Assembly: GCF_001194135.2 (NCBI RefSeq)
Contig: NC_068981.1
Coordinates: 158,657,560-158,721,559 of the forward strand
Source of the DNA: Octopus bimaculoides
Taxonomy: Eukaryota
Reading direction: 5' to 3'
DNA length: 64,000 bases
Shown here: in pieces, positions 43,797 through 57,597 of the stretch
Layout: each line of letters starts with the position of its first letter
Position numbering within the stretch: position 1 is the first letter of the stretch
Position numbers and translations under genes: made by a program
The notes under the pieces: generated by a model
The model's database searches: none
What the model saw: only the letters and a program-made list of their open reading frames with translations
Told to the model about the DNA's origin: nothing

Positions 43797-43967
43797 CGGA
43801 TTAAGTCGATTACAGCGACCCCAGTGCGTAACTGGTACTTATTTAATCGACCCCGAAAGGATGAAAGGCAAAGTCGACCTCGGCGGAATTTTAACTTAGA
43901 ACGTAACGGCCGACGAAATACCGCTAAGCATGTCGCCCGATGAGCCAACGTTTCTGCCAGCTCGCCG
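43797..43967 (-). mobile_element. Well-preserved family A SINE 5' part
   Basis: The reverse complement reads ggcgagctggcagaaacgttggc..ttaaaattccgccgaggtcgactttgcctttcatcctttcggggtcgattaaataagtaccagt, and its CpGs are retained. Confidence 0.8.
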
Positions 43968-44866
43968 AGCTGCTTCTACAAATACACATACTCCAACGTC
44001 TTCTCCATAAAGATAGTCTCCTCACTCTGCTTTACTGTCACTATTACAATGACTTCTTGCAGCTGGTTGTTCATTAGCTACTGCCACTCAAGCCCTCCTT
44101 ATTTCTTCTCATTTTTCATATTCAGTCCACTCAACTGCAAAACCCTCCAAGTCCCATGCTCATTCTCAACAGCCCCTAGATACAGCTCTTTCCTCCACAC
44201 GATACCTTTAAAAAGGGAGAAAATTGCGATAAATCTGATCAAATATACTTGAAATAAATATTTTAAAATTATAATCACTTTCACCAGCACAGACTGGTTG
44301 AAAGAAAAACAAAGTGGAAAAACCATGTTCGCTTCTATAGTATTAAATTTATTAGGCAAAATATATCTGTTCTCTGGCAGAGTCAAATTTTGAACGAACA
44401 AAGGCTAAATGCTTGTAAGCTTACAAGAACAATTACGAGATCAAACAAGTTGTTTTAAAATAGATTTCACAGAAAATAATATATAAATAAATAATAAAGG
44501 GAGAATAAAAAAAAAAAGTGGATGGAAAATGAAGGAGAGAAATCTTACTGAAGTTGAAGAAATAAGAAATTTAGAGAAGAATAAATTATTCAAATCAGAA
44601 AGAAATAAAATAAAACAAATAAATACATGCTCCTGTTTTTTTTAAGGGTTTTTTTGTTATTTTTTTTTTCAATAAAATTTAATAAAATTTCTGTATTGCA
44701 AACTTCGCAAATATAGTCATGCTCATTTTTTTCTTTTAATTTATATTATTTTATTTCAATTTATATGCTGCTGTATGAACTACATGGAAGTAAACCAGTG
44801 TTTACACTTCGATGACCTAGTTTATAAAGATGAAAAATTTATAGATGAGTCTTCAAAAGAAAAAAG

Positions 44867-44901
<35 letters not shown>

Positions 44902-45224
44902 TGATTAAATGTATGACTCTCCTGCAATATATATATATTTCTATGTACACATAAAATATTAGTTCTCCCTCAGAAAACACAAAGCCTGTTAAATTTCTGA
45001 AAAACCTCAACCCTGAAATATAAAAATGTAACAATTTAAATATATTGATGGAAAAATATAACAAGGAATTTCATAAAATCCACCTTTTAAACTCACTAGA
45101 TTAGGTTTGATATTAAGCATTCCTCAATAATTTAGAAAACAATTCTTTAAAAAGACAAGCAGTTTATACCAAAAATATCATATTTTATGGTTATTTCCCA
45201 ATGAACATATGGAAGAGTTTGTGC

Positions 45225-45328
45225 GTATGCACACACATGCACACACACGCACACAGATGTATACATTTGATATATGTTTGCATATTTATGCATATATATG
45301 CTTCATATATATGTGTGTGAGATATATT

Positions 45329-45370
<42 letters not shown>

Positions 45371-45377
45371 CATCCAT

Positions 45378-45429
<52 letters not shown>

Positions 45430-45488
45430 TCATTCATATATATACATCCATCCACACACACACACATATATACATACATACACACACA

Positions 45489-45544
<56 letters not shown>

Positions 45545-45570
45545 TATGTGTGTGTGTGTGTGTATGTATT
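45225..45570. repeat. Compound (CA)n/(TA)n/(TG)n microsatellite
   Basis: Direct reading. Similar tracts lie at 29240-29300, 29716-29900, 46237-46480, 51428-51485 and 60985-61105. Confidence 0.9.
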
Positions 45571-46312
45571 GTTTCTCAGACACACGCATAAGATAGGGCT
45601 AAACGTGACAGCAGTAAGATTGTAGGTAACATGACACAAAGTAAATCTGAACACTAATATTAGAATATTAGGAACAATAGTAGAAATTTCATTCATTCAC
45701 GAATTAATATTTTTTTTTAAGTAATATACATATACTTAAAAAATATATAAAAGTTTTCTTTTATTTATTCAACTGTTTTTAGTGAAACTGTCTTACAGTA
45801 ATTCAGCTATATATTATTTATGCAAAATAGTTTCCATGAAATAAAGTATAATTTGGCAAGGGAACTTTAAACATTATGTTTAGTATTGGAAACTTCAGTA
45901 ATTCTGAAATAAAAGCAGCTCTAGTGTAACAAATAAATATATATATATATATATANNNNNNNNNNNNNNNNNNNNNNNNNNNNNNNNNNNNNNNNNNNNN
46001 NNNNNNNNNNNNNNNNNNNNNNNNNNNNNNNNNNNNNNNNNNNNNNNNNNNNNNNNNNNNNNNNNNNNNNNNNNNNNNNNNNNNNNNNNNNNNNNNNNNN
46101 NNNNNNNNNNNNNNNNNNNNNNNNNNNNNNNNNNNNNNNNNNNNNNNNNNNNNNNNNNNNNNNNNNNNNNNNNNNNNNNNNNNNNNNNNNNNNNNNNNNN
46201 NNNNNNNNNNNNNNNNNNNNNNNNNNNNNNNNNNNNTATATATATATGTATGCAGCTCTAGTGTAATGAATATTATTAAATACACAAAGCATATACATTA
46301 GTATATGTATTT

Positions 46313-46349
<37 letters not shown>

Positions 46350-46618
46350 CACACGTGTGTGTGCATGTATGTATATAAATGCATATATATCTATATATAT
46401 ATATATATACACATATATATATAAATGTATGTATATACATATATGTATGTGTGTGTGTGTATATGTATACACACACACACACATATCTCAAAACAAACTA
46501 GACACTCCTTATTATACCATTTTATCTGTATGGACACTACTTGATGCTTCAAACTTGTTAATATATTATTATTTTCCATATCAGATTATAGTATATTGAT
46601 TGTTTATAGCAACTGGCC

Positions 46619-46870
46619 ATGACGCGAACACCAGAAGCAAAAGAGTTGTCTGATCTTCAAAGAGGGCAAATTGGGGGCAAACTGAAGGAGGACTTGGCCA
46701 GCATAAGATTGCACAAAACCTTGGCATTCTTCTTGCAACAATCAATAGAGTGATTGAACAACACCCTGCTGAGGTCGATCTGGGCCCTTAGACAGGTATC
46801 TTTGGGGTTGCAAGCAGATTGTTGAAATGAAACAGTCCTCTTGTAAGGCCGCTGATGTCGCAAAGTAACT
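46619..46870 (+). pseudogene. Tc1-like transposase N-terminal (HTH) fragment
   Basis: [18 protein letters not shown], then a frameshift to [24 protein letters not shown], typical of a Tc1 paired-like HTH. Confidence 0.65.
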
Positions 46871-48126
46871 CCAAATGAATCAGAAAACTTCTGTGAGAAT
46901 TTCTATTAACTTGGCTACTGAATTAAAAGTAATAATATATTAAGTTTTAAGCACTACATAGTGTCCACACAAATGAAACAGTATAATGAAGTATATATAC
47001 ATACACAGAAACTTTTTGTGTTTGTTTAAGTATATATATATTATACCTGCAAAAAATTAGCTAGTCATAAGAGCTAATAATTTATTTACCAGATAATAAT
47101 TTATTTACCACATAATAATTTATTTATGAGCAAATATTAGAAAATATCTCCAAAGCAAATACCCAATATATTGCTCATATCAATTTCATGGATTAAATAT
47201 CTTCATTTGCCTTGATATATACACCTTTATTCATCAACAGGGTTAAACTCTATTAAAAATGTTAACACTGCTACCAAGACTACTGAGAAGTTAAGGCTTA
47301 AGTTGGTGACAGCAGTTAAAAAACAGGATTGCCAAAATAAAAAATTGCTTCACTGAGCTGATGGCAAAACTCGGTATCTTGGCTTCACCTAATTAAATAC
47401 TCAGTTCTGTTTATAAATAAATGGTAATTAATGTAATACAAAAATAGTCATCCATTAATTTTTTTATAAAAATAATTTTCCTGACAGCCCACAAGAACTA
47501 AATCATCTACTTTCTAATAGAAACTGAGGACAGTGAAAAGGGAGGGAGTGAAATGTTTTCATCTAACACTATTTCCAGAGTGTTCAGATTACACTCTAAT
47601 TATTATTAACATTATTATTATTATTATGAACCATATTAATCAGTCTTACATTCAGTTAACTACAAGAACTACATGCCATTCAATGTTCAACTCTACCCAG
47701 CAGATGGGAGTCATATTCTTCATTCATACTTTATAATTTATCAATACCAAGATAACGTATTTTTGTTTGTTTGTTTTTTTTTGTTTTGTTTTTGTTTTTA
47801 TCCCAAAAGATTCTGTTAACATTTCATACTAAAAAAATTATTAGCCACATAGTGGTAGATATTCTTCAATTATAAACCAAAGTGTATATAATAGACAAAA
47901 ATCAATAAACGCGTTGTTGCACTATGTCCCACAAATCTACAGTAAACAATGGAAATCAAAGATATTCTCAGCAAAATCAGCCAGACATAATAGATGTCAA
48001 TATATCAACAAAATAACCAACATAATTGCTATTCTGGGAGTGGGAGTCGTATGGGGGGGAAAATTGCAGTTTTGTCACTTATTTTTCTTCTTTTTTTTTT
48101 TTGTAATATTTTATATTTTATATATA

Positions 48127-49368
48127 ACCCAGAACCATGATAATAGCTTAGGAGTGAAATTTAGGATTTCTGTTTTCTGTGAATCAATTCCGATAAAACG
48201 TTTCCCAGCTGCTTTGCATACTATGGCAACACCATTGCTATGTTTTCATTATTCTGTGTAACGTCCTTTCTTTTTTATTTCAGATTCTTCAGTTTTTGGG
48301 TGAACCACACTAATAGTGTCTCTCCTCTCTAAGAACAATGGGATGAGGAAAAGGCCTTAATGATGAACAGAAAGTCTGTCATCATCAAGGAAAGTGCTAA
48401 AGGAACCTCTCTTCATGTCATTGCAGAGAAGTTAGGTCGTCATGTGGACATGGTTAGACAATTACTGAAGGACTCTTCGCCAAAGAAGAAATGGTCCAAT
48501 TGTGGAACCTCCAAGACTGTCACAGCTAGGGATTTAAGACATATTGGCCGCAAGTTACATGGGAAACTTGGACAAACAAGTAAAACCATTTTCACCGCCT
48601 CCGGACTTCTTCATGTACCGAAAACCACCAGAAATTGTATCCTCAGGACCATGACTTCCGTGCGAGGACCCTTGAAACTGCTTCCTTTAACATCCCGTCA
48701 CAGGAGTTTGAGGCTTCAATGGGCCCAAAAGTACATAAGTTCTGTTCTGTTCACTGATGAAACCAGGGTGATCCTTACTAAGGTCTTACAGCATACACGG
48801 TGAAAGGTCAACGGTGTGGCCGCCAGCATCTCTGGATCTTAACCCTATCAAAAATCTTTGGTCCATCATTAAACAAGATGTTTATGCCGATAGACGTCAA
48901 TTTACGTCAAAAGATGTCTTATGGGCAACCATCAAAGATGCAGCAGAGGCTGTCCAACCTGCTACAATTAAGAAATTGACAGATTCCATGACTAATAAGG
49001 TTTTTGAAGTTATCCATCGAAATGGTGCTCATGTGGCTAAATAATTCATTATGTCAATAAATGTTATAATATTATCATGGTTTTCTGTTAAATATATACT
49101 CAATGTATGTTTAATATGTATCATTACTCTTCATTTTCTGAAAAAAATGTCTAGATGGGCTATTTTCATTCAAAAGCTATTAGTGTGGTTCATCTAAAAA
49201 CTGAAGAATCTGAAATAAAAAAGAAAAGACGTTACACAGAATAATGAAAACATAACAATGGTGTTGCCACAATGTGTAAACCAGCTGGGAAAAGTTTTAT
49301 CAAAATCGATTCACAGAAAACCAAGAAATCCTAAATTTCATTCCTAAGCCATTAGCGTGGTTCTGGGT
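48127..49368 (+). mobile_element. Tc1-like DNA transposon with about 190-bp TIRs and a defective transposase
   Basis: The left TIR (about 48127-48316) and right TIR (about 49176-49368) are reverse complements. ORFs 48360-48803 and 48814-49044 carry the HTH, VLFTDE (first D) and WPPASLDLNPIKNLW (catalytic E changed to K). The second-D region is deleted. Confidence 0.9.
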
Positions 49369-49971
49369 GTGTATGTATGTACACACATATATATATATAC
49401 ATATATATATTTATTTATTTACACATATATATATATTTAATTTTTTAATTTTTCAACTATTGAATTCTTTTAGAAATATTTAAAATATGATAAAAAACTG
49501 AAGAAAACCTGTCCTAATTAATGCTATGATATCGCATTAGTAATTAGTTGTCAATTATGTATAAAAATAAAAAAAGCATGAAAATGTAAGAAGTGAACAA
49601 TGAAACCTTTGATAAATTCTATACGTATGCATGTGTACTTTGGAAATAACATTTCGTCAATGCATGTGTGGATAAACATTTAACAGTGAAAGTTTATCAT
49701 TTTTCTATTAAGATACAAAACTTAATTAATCTGAGAAAAAAGTGACCCACATTGCTCTTATGAGCTTCTTAAAGATATCCATGGAGTTAGATACAAGCTG
49801 AAATTCAAATGCAAAAGTTCATCTATCCTCATGTTCCTTCTAGCAAAAAAATAACTTCAAATAAAACTGGTTTAAAATATTTCTCATGGACTTAACCACA
49901 CATACAAACATGTCTATACAACAATTATATATGCATGTGCATGTATTTTTTTTACTTCTCTCACTCACTCA

Positions 49972-50023
<52 letters not shown>

Positions 50024-51427
50024 TGCATTTTGTGAACAATAGCTTTGTTGACTACAGGTTTTCAATGGGTAATCATGGATTCACTTTTATAAGGGCAAGA
50101 GCGTCAAGGGAATGTCTGTGCAAATTGAGCAGAAAAATAGTACAGGGTGTTTTACTTCAAAAGTATAGTTAATCAGTTTTATCCCCAATGTTTTCATCTT
50201 TTTTCCGATATACATACATGCATATATAACTACACAGCTTGATCTGTGCCATGAATATATTATTTATATTATATACATATATATACATATACATACATTC
50301 ATATATGTTCATATGCGTGCATTAAAGTGTACCCTAACATATATGTTAATTTATGGTGTAAACAACAGCCTAAATTCAATTTCCTAAGTATTGCATTTAT
50401 GCTTGCTTGCCTTTCATTTCTATTCAATTTCACATATATAAATATATACCAACAATTTGTTATACATTGCGTTAGCAGCATCCCCGATATCATTAATCTA
50501 ATATAATTTCCCATATCATCATGCATTACAGTTGTCATCAGAGTACCAAGACCATATCGTCTGGAATCTTCAACTCCCCAGCCCACCCCAACCACTTCAG
50601 CTTTTCATAGTCTGTTGTTGCACTGTTTATCCTCTCCTGTTATCTAACAGAAGACCTTCCTGAAGCTTTCATTATCCATCTCAACCCCTTTCCATCTTTT
50701 ACAATTACTTTCAGTGTGATTCATTTGTTGAAGTCTTCAGTAACTTTCACTACAGTGCATCACTTCCTTTATTTATTTTTTTTTTTTTGGTGCTACCTTC
50801 CTGAACAATCTGTAAAATTTGCAGCCAAATCTATCTCAAACTATACCCCATTGCTTTAAAAAGGAAAAGACACATTGGATAATGTAGTCTTTGGTATATG
50901 AAAAGACAGAACTGTCATGTTAGGAATGCTTTTCGTTATATGTCTTTCTGACCAGCACTGACATGGGCTAAACAAAGCCACCACTTTATTAAGTGAGTAA
51001 CTAGCAATAAATACCCTAATGTTTATTTTTCAACATCCCAGCCCCTATCCAAAATTTTCCACCTTTTCTTCTCTTCATTACACTCTAACTTCTCTGAGAA
51101 GAATTTTCCTTGCTAATTTGCACATTTCATCCACTAAACAATAACGATGAAGACAATGATGATACTGCCACTAACGATGGTCATGGTTTGAATAATCTTA
51201 TTATATTCTAAGCCAGCATTATGTACTGATTAAACATCATTCAGTTATTATTATTCTGGATTTAGTCATTGGACTGAAGCTATGCTGGGCACCACATTAA
51301 AGAGTTATTGATTCCAGTACTTATTCCAGTGTGATACTTATTTTATCATTCTTAATTTAAGCCATTGAACAAACACTGGCTCTGGTTTTTCCAGTCAAAA
51401 TGTAAACATAGATACACACAAAGATAA

Positions 51428-51490
<63 letters not shown>

Positions 51491-51492
51491 CA

Positions 51493-51852
51493 CCACCGTT
51501 CGAGCGTGATCGTTACCAGCGTCGCCTTCCTGGCACCTGTGCCGGTGGCATGTGAAAAGACATTCGAGCGAGGTCGTTGCCAGTGCCGATGGACTGGCTC
51601 TTGTGCAGGTGGCACGTAAAATACACCATTTTGAGCGTGGCCGTTGCCAATACCGCCTGACTGGCCTTCGATCCGGTGGCACGTAAAAGCACCCACTACA
51701 CTCTCGGAGTGGTTGGCGTTAGGAAGGGTATCCAGCTGTAGAAACTCTGCCAAATCAGATTGGAGCCTGGTGTAGCCATCTGGTTCATCACTCCTCAGTC
51801 AAATCATCCAAACCATGCTAGCATGGAAAGCAGACATTAAACGATGATGATG
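51493..51852 (+). mobile_element. 5'-truncated copy of the RTE 3'UTR seen at 40.8-41.1 kb
   Basis: Near-identical ..cacgtaaaagcacccactacactctcggagtggtt..gctagcatggaaagc..ttaaacgatgatgatg, with three internal repeat units of about 65-70 bp. Confidence 0.8.
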
Positions 51853-52723
51853 ATATATATATATATAGATAGATACACATACATATATATATATATACCT
51901 AGATGGTCAGTAACCTGGGTAGTCCAAAAGACCCAAAGTTACACTAAACTCGTCAGGCTGAGACTGTCTAGAGTTCTCCAAGCTAACAGTATAGTATTAA
52001 TCTTATCTTGTGTAATATCCGAATCTTTTCTAACCACAGCAAGAGCCTTATCAAGTAATATTGACAACATTTACAAGTAGTAAAATTTACTATGTTGAAC
52101 TGCATGAACAAGGTATTGCTTTTTATTTCAAAGTTGTTCAAACCAGAGTATCATCTCCTTGATACTCTCCTGGAGGCTCAGACTTGTGTCTTCCTTAACC
52201 TCGGCAATTACCCTATCTAAAAGATTCTTACTAATACAGCCAATATCTGATTTTGAGGGGTGAATGAGCTTAACATATACATATAACACACATGCAGTTT
52301 CAATCAACCAACTTCCACTCACAGTAACACTAGTCAACCCAAGATTTTAGTAACCCAATACCCAAAGTCCTAAACAGTGGAATTAAATGCTGTACCACAT
52401 TGCTACAAAGTAAACTTCTTAACCATATAGCCTTGTCTGTATCACACAGTCAAACTAAGAATACCAGAAACCAGGTAACTGAGTAAATAGACAATGAAAA
52501 TAACAGGGGTAATCAACCAATACAGTAAGGTAAATATGATCAGGAATAATTTCACTAGTTTCAGCACCACCAGATCAATAATATTATTGTTATGCTGTTA
52601 GTCATATTCTTTACCAACATTTCATTTTCAGCAGTTATATTATTACAGTATCTCAATCAACAATTTAAAATCTCAAAGATAATTGATCACTACCAACATC
52701 TCTCTCTCTCTCTCACTCTCTCT

Positions 52724-52762
<39 letters not shown>

Positions 52763-54645
52763 ATACATACACAAAAGTAAACAGCTATATATTCTCAGTA
52801 GCAACAACCACTGTAATTATTATGATGGAAATTAAAAAGAACACCCAATTCTGTTTACAACAACAGTTAAAACCACAACTTTTAAAGGAACTGTCCTACT
52901 ATACAGACATTAAGAAAATTTATGTAATTTACTATAGTTTTTAAAGCAGTTCTTTGAACTTAAACTTTCTCCTTTCATCTCATTCTTCCCAGTGACTATA
53001 TACATTTATAAATATTTTACTTATGTAACTTGCAAGTTGAAAAAAACTGGAGTCTTGTGAATTTGTATTAGCTCTGCTTCATATATTCATAAATAACATT
53101 CCAAGAATGTAATTTTATAAATGCAATTATGAAAATGTGAAAACTTGCAATGGAAAACTGTACTTATTAACTGATGTCAAAATAGTCATTTAGTATCATC
53201 CAAAATATTAATAATAGATGATGTCATTACCGCATTGCATTTCCAAATCTTACACTGAACATAATATTATCTTCCAATGCAATTTATTAGTTTCCTATTT
53301 CTATATTGGACATGTTACAACAGAATTTCTTGTGACTGTTAACAAGAATTGAGCAGAAAGTACCACAGATTTTGACAACCAGTACCACAGATTTTGACAA
53401 CCAGTATCACAGTACCATTTTGGAAAAGAAAGGAGTATATCTTTGCCCAACCCAATTAGTGTGTCACTACATGATATTCTTTGAACTCATTCTTGACACT
53501 TGATTGTGCAATATCATATCCAACCAATGTGGACTTATTTAAGGTAGTAAAACAACCACTGACATTCATGTTGTCTGATTAAATTACAGAGAAGCACTAA
53601 GAACTAATTGCAAAGCATTTTGAAGGAATAATATCAAAGATAATGAGTCAAGAAAGTTATATTTACTGGGAAATAATTTCAAGAAGTTAACACAATAATT
53701 ACTCAAAATTTTGTATTGTTCCTATTTGAATTTTTAGGAAATCCAGAATCTATTGCCTGATATTACTAACATGAGAATGTCAGAAAAAAGATTTTTAAAC
53801 AACAAATTCTCCATATAAAAGCCTTCTTAGAATGATAACCCACTATAACAAAAGATAACAAAATGAAGATTTATGATCAAAAGAATTGAAGAGAGTTTTC
53901 TGCTTCAATGCATTCAGATTTGGGAAGTCTCAGGAAAATTTATTTTACAGCCTAAGATCTACTTCTTTAATACAGAGGTAGTTTAAATGGATCTACAATA
54001 GGGCATCATTCCATCTATTATCGAACTTAATGTGAAAGCTAACATGCTATGACCTGATCTAATTGCAACTTTGGACTACATCTGCTACTAAATCACATCA
54101 CATTTTTAATCAATGTTCATATTTTACATCCAACAACCTGTACTCAATTCTCCTCTGGCTTTACACTCATCTAGCATCTTAACTCAAGGGCTAACAAAAT
54201 CAGCAGTTCTTGTACACTGTTAACAACATCCAATCAAACAACAGTAGAAAGAAATAACATCTTTCAGTATTTATCATCATCATTCATAATTCCTTGTCTT
54301 GCGAGTTACATGGTGACCCTGCCAGTTTTTCTACCTGGCCAGCTCCTGTGAACCGTCCTATCCATGCATGAATGCATGGAAGATGGATGTTAAACAATAA
54401 TAATGGCAATGATGATGATTCACATCATAAGGACATGACCACAAACAGCTAATGATTTTGAGAAATATTAACAGGAATTCATCCTTATTGTATATAAATG
54501 GATTGGATTTCATAGTTTTGAGAAATTAAGTTTTAAGTTTTTAATCAAATATAAATATATATAGTAGTGGTTCTGGTTTTACAAGCCTGTATCAAAGCAG
54601 CTGCTCTGTGATAATACCCAATACCAACTTTCAGGGCTAAAAATA

Positions 54646-54809
54646 GAGTTATAAATAGATCAATCAGAGAGTCTATTTAACCAAAGTGATCAGCAGAGAC
54701 AAATTTTAAGGCACATGGGGAGTTATCACTGACAAGAAAGTTGTCAAAATGGTACAAAGTTATAAAAAAAATAATACAGGTCTTTCAGAGAACAAATTTA
54801 CATTGACAC
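54646..54809 (+). repeat. 164-bp direct duplication, copy 1 (copy 2 at 57336-57499)
   Basis: gagttataaatagatcaatcagagagtc...aacaaatttacattgacac occurs twice with only about 4-5 differences. Confidence 0.9.
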
Positions 54810-55339
54810 CTCATACATACGTATAAATGTCTTAACTTGTGGTAGTATATGACAGATTATTATAAGAGATTATGCAGCATGAGACATGTCAGTAGTTTGT
54901 TTAAACTTACACTGGAAAGTGAGGAAACAATGCAGCTAATGAAAGTATGAAATTAGATAAAGAGCATACTGAGCTATCATATGACAGTCAAACACCATAT
55001 ATATAATCTTACTTATTTCAAGAAAATGCAAGACTTACCACAATTTATCCACTTAAGATAATCAGTAACCTCATGACAATATCCATGACGCAACTTTATC
55101 ATTGCCATTTGATAACTGAGAAAACAAATTTATGTAGAATTATGCATAAACAAAATAACAGGGCCACCCACATATTTAGAGAATGTTTCAAAGAGTCTCA
55201 TCAAGAAAAACAACTATATCATATATTAGCAAGAAGACAAGGTGGTACAGTAAAAAGGCAGTTGTATAACCACACTCATAACCACACTCAGAATTGATAT
55301 AAAAGTAGGTGGGTTTTCAAAGTCATAACTTTCAACAAA

Positions 55340-55463
55340 AGAGAGAGGAAGGGGAGAGAAGGGGAAGGGGAGAAAAGGGAATGGGGAGAGAAGGGAATGG
55401 GGAGAGAAGGNNNNNNNNNNAGGGAATGGGGAGAGAAGGGAATGGGGAGAGAAGGGGAAGGGG
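55340..55463 (+). repeat. Purine-rich minisatellite, unit about GGGGAGAGAAGGGAAT
   Basis: Direct reading; it is interrupted by a 10-N gap at 55411-55420. Confidence 0.85.
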
Positions 55464-56083
55464 GTGTATAATAGTCATATAAAATAGGTAGAAATAGGTT
55501 ATAGTGTTATACTTTACAGTTACAACAGTCCATAACATATCATAGTATCAAGAATATGGGATAGATAAAATTATCATAAAAGGTTACGGAGACACAGCTA
55601 CAACTGTCAGAGAGTTACAACTAAAACATTCTAAAGAAATATGAGTATTGTAGCTTGCATTTTCTATTATGCAAAAGAAATGTCACTCTTATATATATTA
55701 TACACTAAAACTGAAAAAATAAATAAAATAAAATAGTTATTCAAAACAAAATATTTTGTTTATTTGTTTTGTTTTTTAATTTGATTTCATATATTTTGAT
55801 ATGAATCCCAGATATCCAAATCAGAAAGATTTTCATTACTAGATTTACTGATCAGATTTATTCAAGATTCAGTATAAATAACGATGATGATGATTTCTAA
55901 CATAGGCACAAGGCCACATGTTTTGGAGGAGGTGTGTAATTTAAATTCATCCTAATACTTGACTTAAACTTATTTTACCAACTCCAAAAGAATGAAAGGC
56001 AACGTTGGTCTGACAGAAGTGAACTTCGAACAAAAGTGGATGCAAACAAATACTGCAAGGTAAAGTATTTGCCATCCATTACC

Positions 56084-56125
<42 letters not shown>

Positions 56126-56452
56126 NNNNNNNNNNAATTGGAATACTTTTAAGTTTGGCGGACAAAGGTGTCTTCGTTTATAGCTTTAGTTATAAGTAAA
56201 GACGCGCGCGCACGCATGTAATACGTACGCGTGTGTGTGTGTTTAAAATATAGAAAGTCACATTTCTAGGAGAATAAAATTCTTTTTAAATTTCTTCCAA
56301 CTGATAGGCTATGATTAAGTAACTTTAAAGGCTTGTACCTTGTATTGTTATTAATTTCTAGAGAAAATAAATATTTGTTTCGTTATCAGTATGCAAAACT
56401 GCAACAGTGTAGAAAATTTGAGACAGTATTTTATTTCGTTAGGACTAAATAT

Positions 56453-57330
56453 TAAACTTGAAAATAGGTGGATAAAGAAAAGAATGCAAGGACAATTTCA
56501 TCGGGATGTTGAAGACAAGACAGACAGGGAAAAAAGATGGCTGTAAAAGACTAAAAGTGATTTAAAACCGAAAACGGAGGCTCTAATCTGTGCTGCCCAA
56601 GAGCAAACACTAAGAACAAACTACATAAAATATAGAATAGACAACACATCAGAAAGTGATAAGTGCAAAATCTGTGGACAAAATGATGAAACCGTATGGC
56701 ATATTACCAGCCAATGTACGCCATTAGCCCAGAAGGAATATAAAAGATGCCACGACAATATACTAAGGCTTGTCCATTGGACACTTTGCAACAAGTATGG
56801 ATTTGGCAGAGCAAAAAATTGGTACGACCATAAACCCAAAGGCATCATCGAAAATGGTAATGCAAAGATCCTGTCGGATTTTATGATTCAGTGCAACCAT
56901 GAGATAGAGAATAGGAAGCCAGACATAATCTTAATTGAGAAAGAAAATAAACTATGCTGGATCATAGATATAGCATGCACAGCTGACAAGGTATGCGATA
57001 AGGAAGAAAGAAAAGTTGAGAGGTATGACAGGTTAGCTTGGGAAGTTAAGCAGTTGTGGTCAATGTAAAAGGTAGCAGTAGTACCAATAATTGTTGGTGC
57101 CCTGGGAACAGTGAGCAAAAATCTCGAGAAGTACGTGGAACAAATAGGGGCTGCAATAAGGGTGGAGCACTTGCAGAAAACAGCACTGCTTGGAACCACT
57201 CGGATATTCTGGAAGGTGCTCGAAAAATAAGAGGTGTTACCTTAGTTCACTGATAGTGAGCAGCTGACACTGTAGAACATCTCCAGCGTTAGAAGCTGTG
57301 CAAAGGCAATGATGATAATAATAATAATCA
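56453..57330 (+). mobile_element. 5'-truncated R4/Dong-type non-LTR retrotransposon (CCHC knuckle plus restriction-like endonuclease)
   Basis: A single frame with two internal stops: MQGQF..ETEAL-like KTEALICAAQEQTLRTNY, CKICGQNDETVWHITSQC, RKPDIILIEKENKLCWIIDIA, VVPIIVGALG, LQKTALLGTTRIFWKVL* (stop at 57228-57230). The 3' tail is (TAA)n-like. Confidence 0.9.
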
Positions 57331-57551
57331 TTATTGAGTTATAAATAGATCAATCAGAGAGTCTATTTAACCAAAGTGATCAGCAGAAACAAATTTATGG
57401 CACATGGGGAGTTATCACTGACAAGAAAGTTGTCAAAATGGTACAAAATTATAAAAAAAAATAATACAGGTCTTTCAAAGAACAAATTTACATTGACACT
57501 CATCTCTCTATCTATTACATTTCTGCTGAGTTACCAGTCCTTTATATAAAC

Positions 57552-57595
<44 letters not shown>

Positions 57596-57597
<2 letters not shown>

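Noticed and set aside
45915-46266. 15-bp direct repeat GCAGCTCTAGTGTAA on both sides of a (TA)n tract and gap
   Set aside because: It flanks an assembly gap, so overlap artefact cannot be told apart from a TSD.
45191-46599. Numerous ORFs of 70-155 aa ([12 protein letters not shown]-rich or X-rich)
   Set aside because: Artefacts of microsatellites and N gaps; the same applies to the ORFs at 35208-35818, 60824-61184 and 63427-63743.
51493-51700. Repeat units of about 65-70 bp that might look like a CRISPR-type array
   Set aside because: The context is eukaryotic, the units are degenerate tandem copies without unique spacers, and they belong to the RTE 3'UTR also seen at 40.8 kb.
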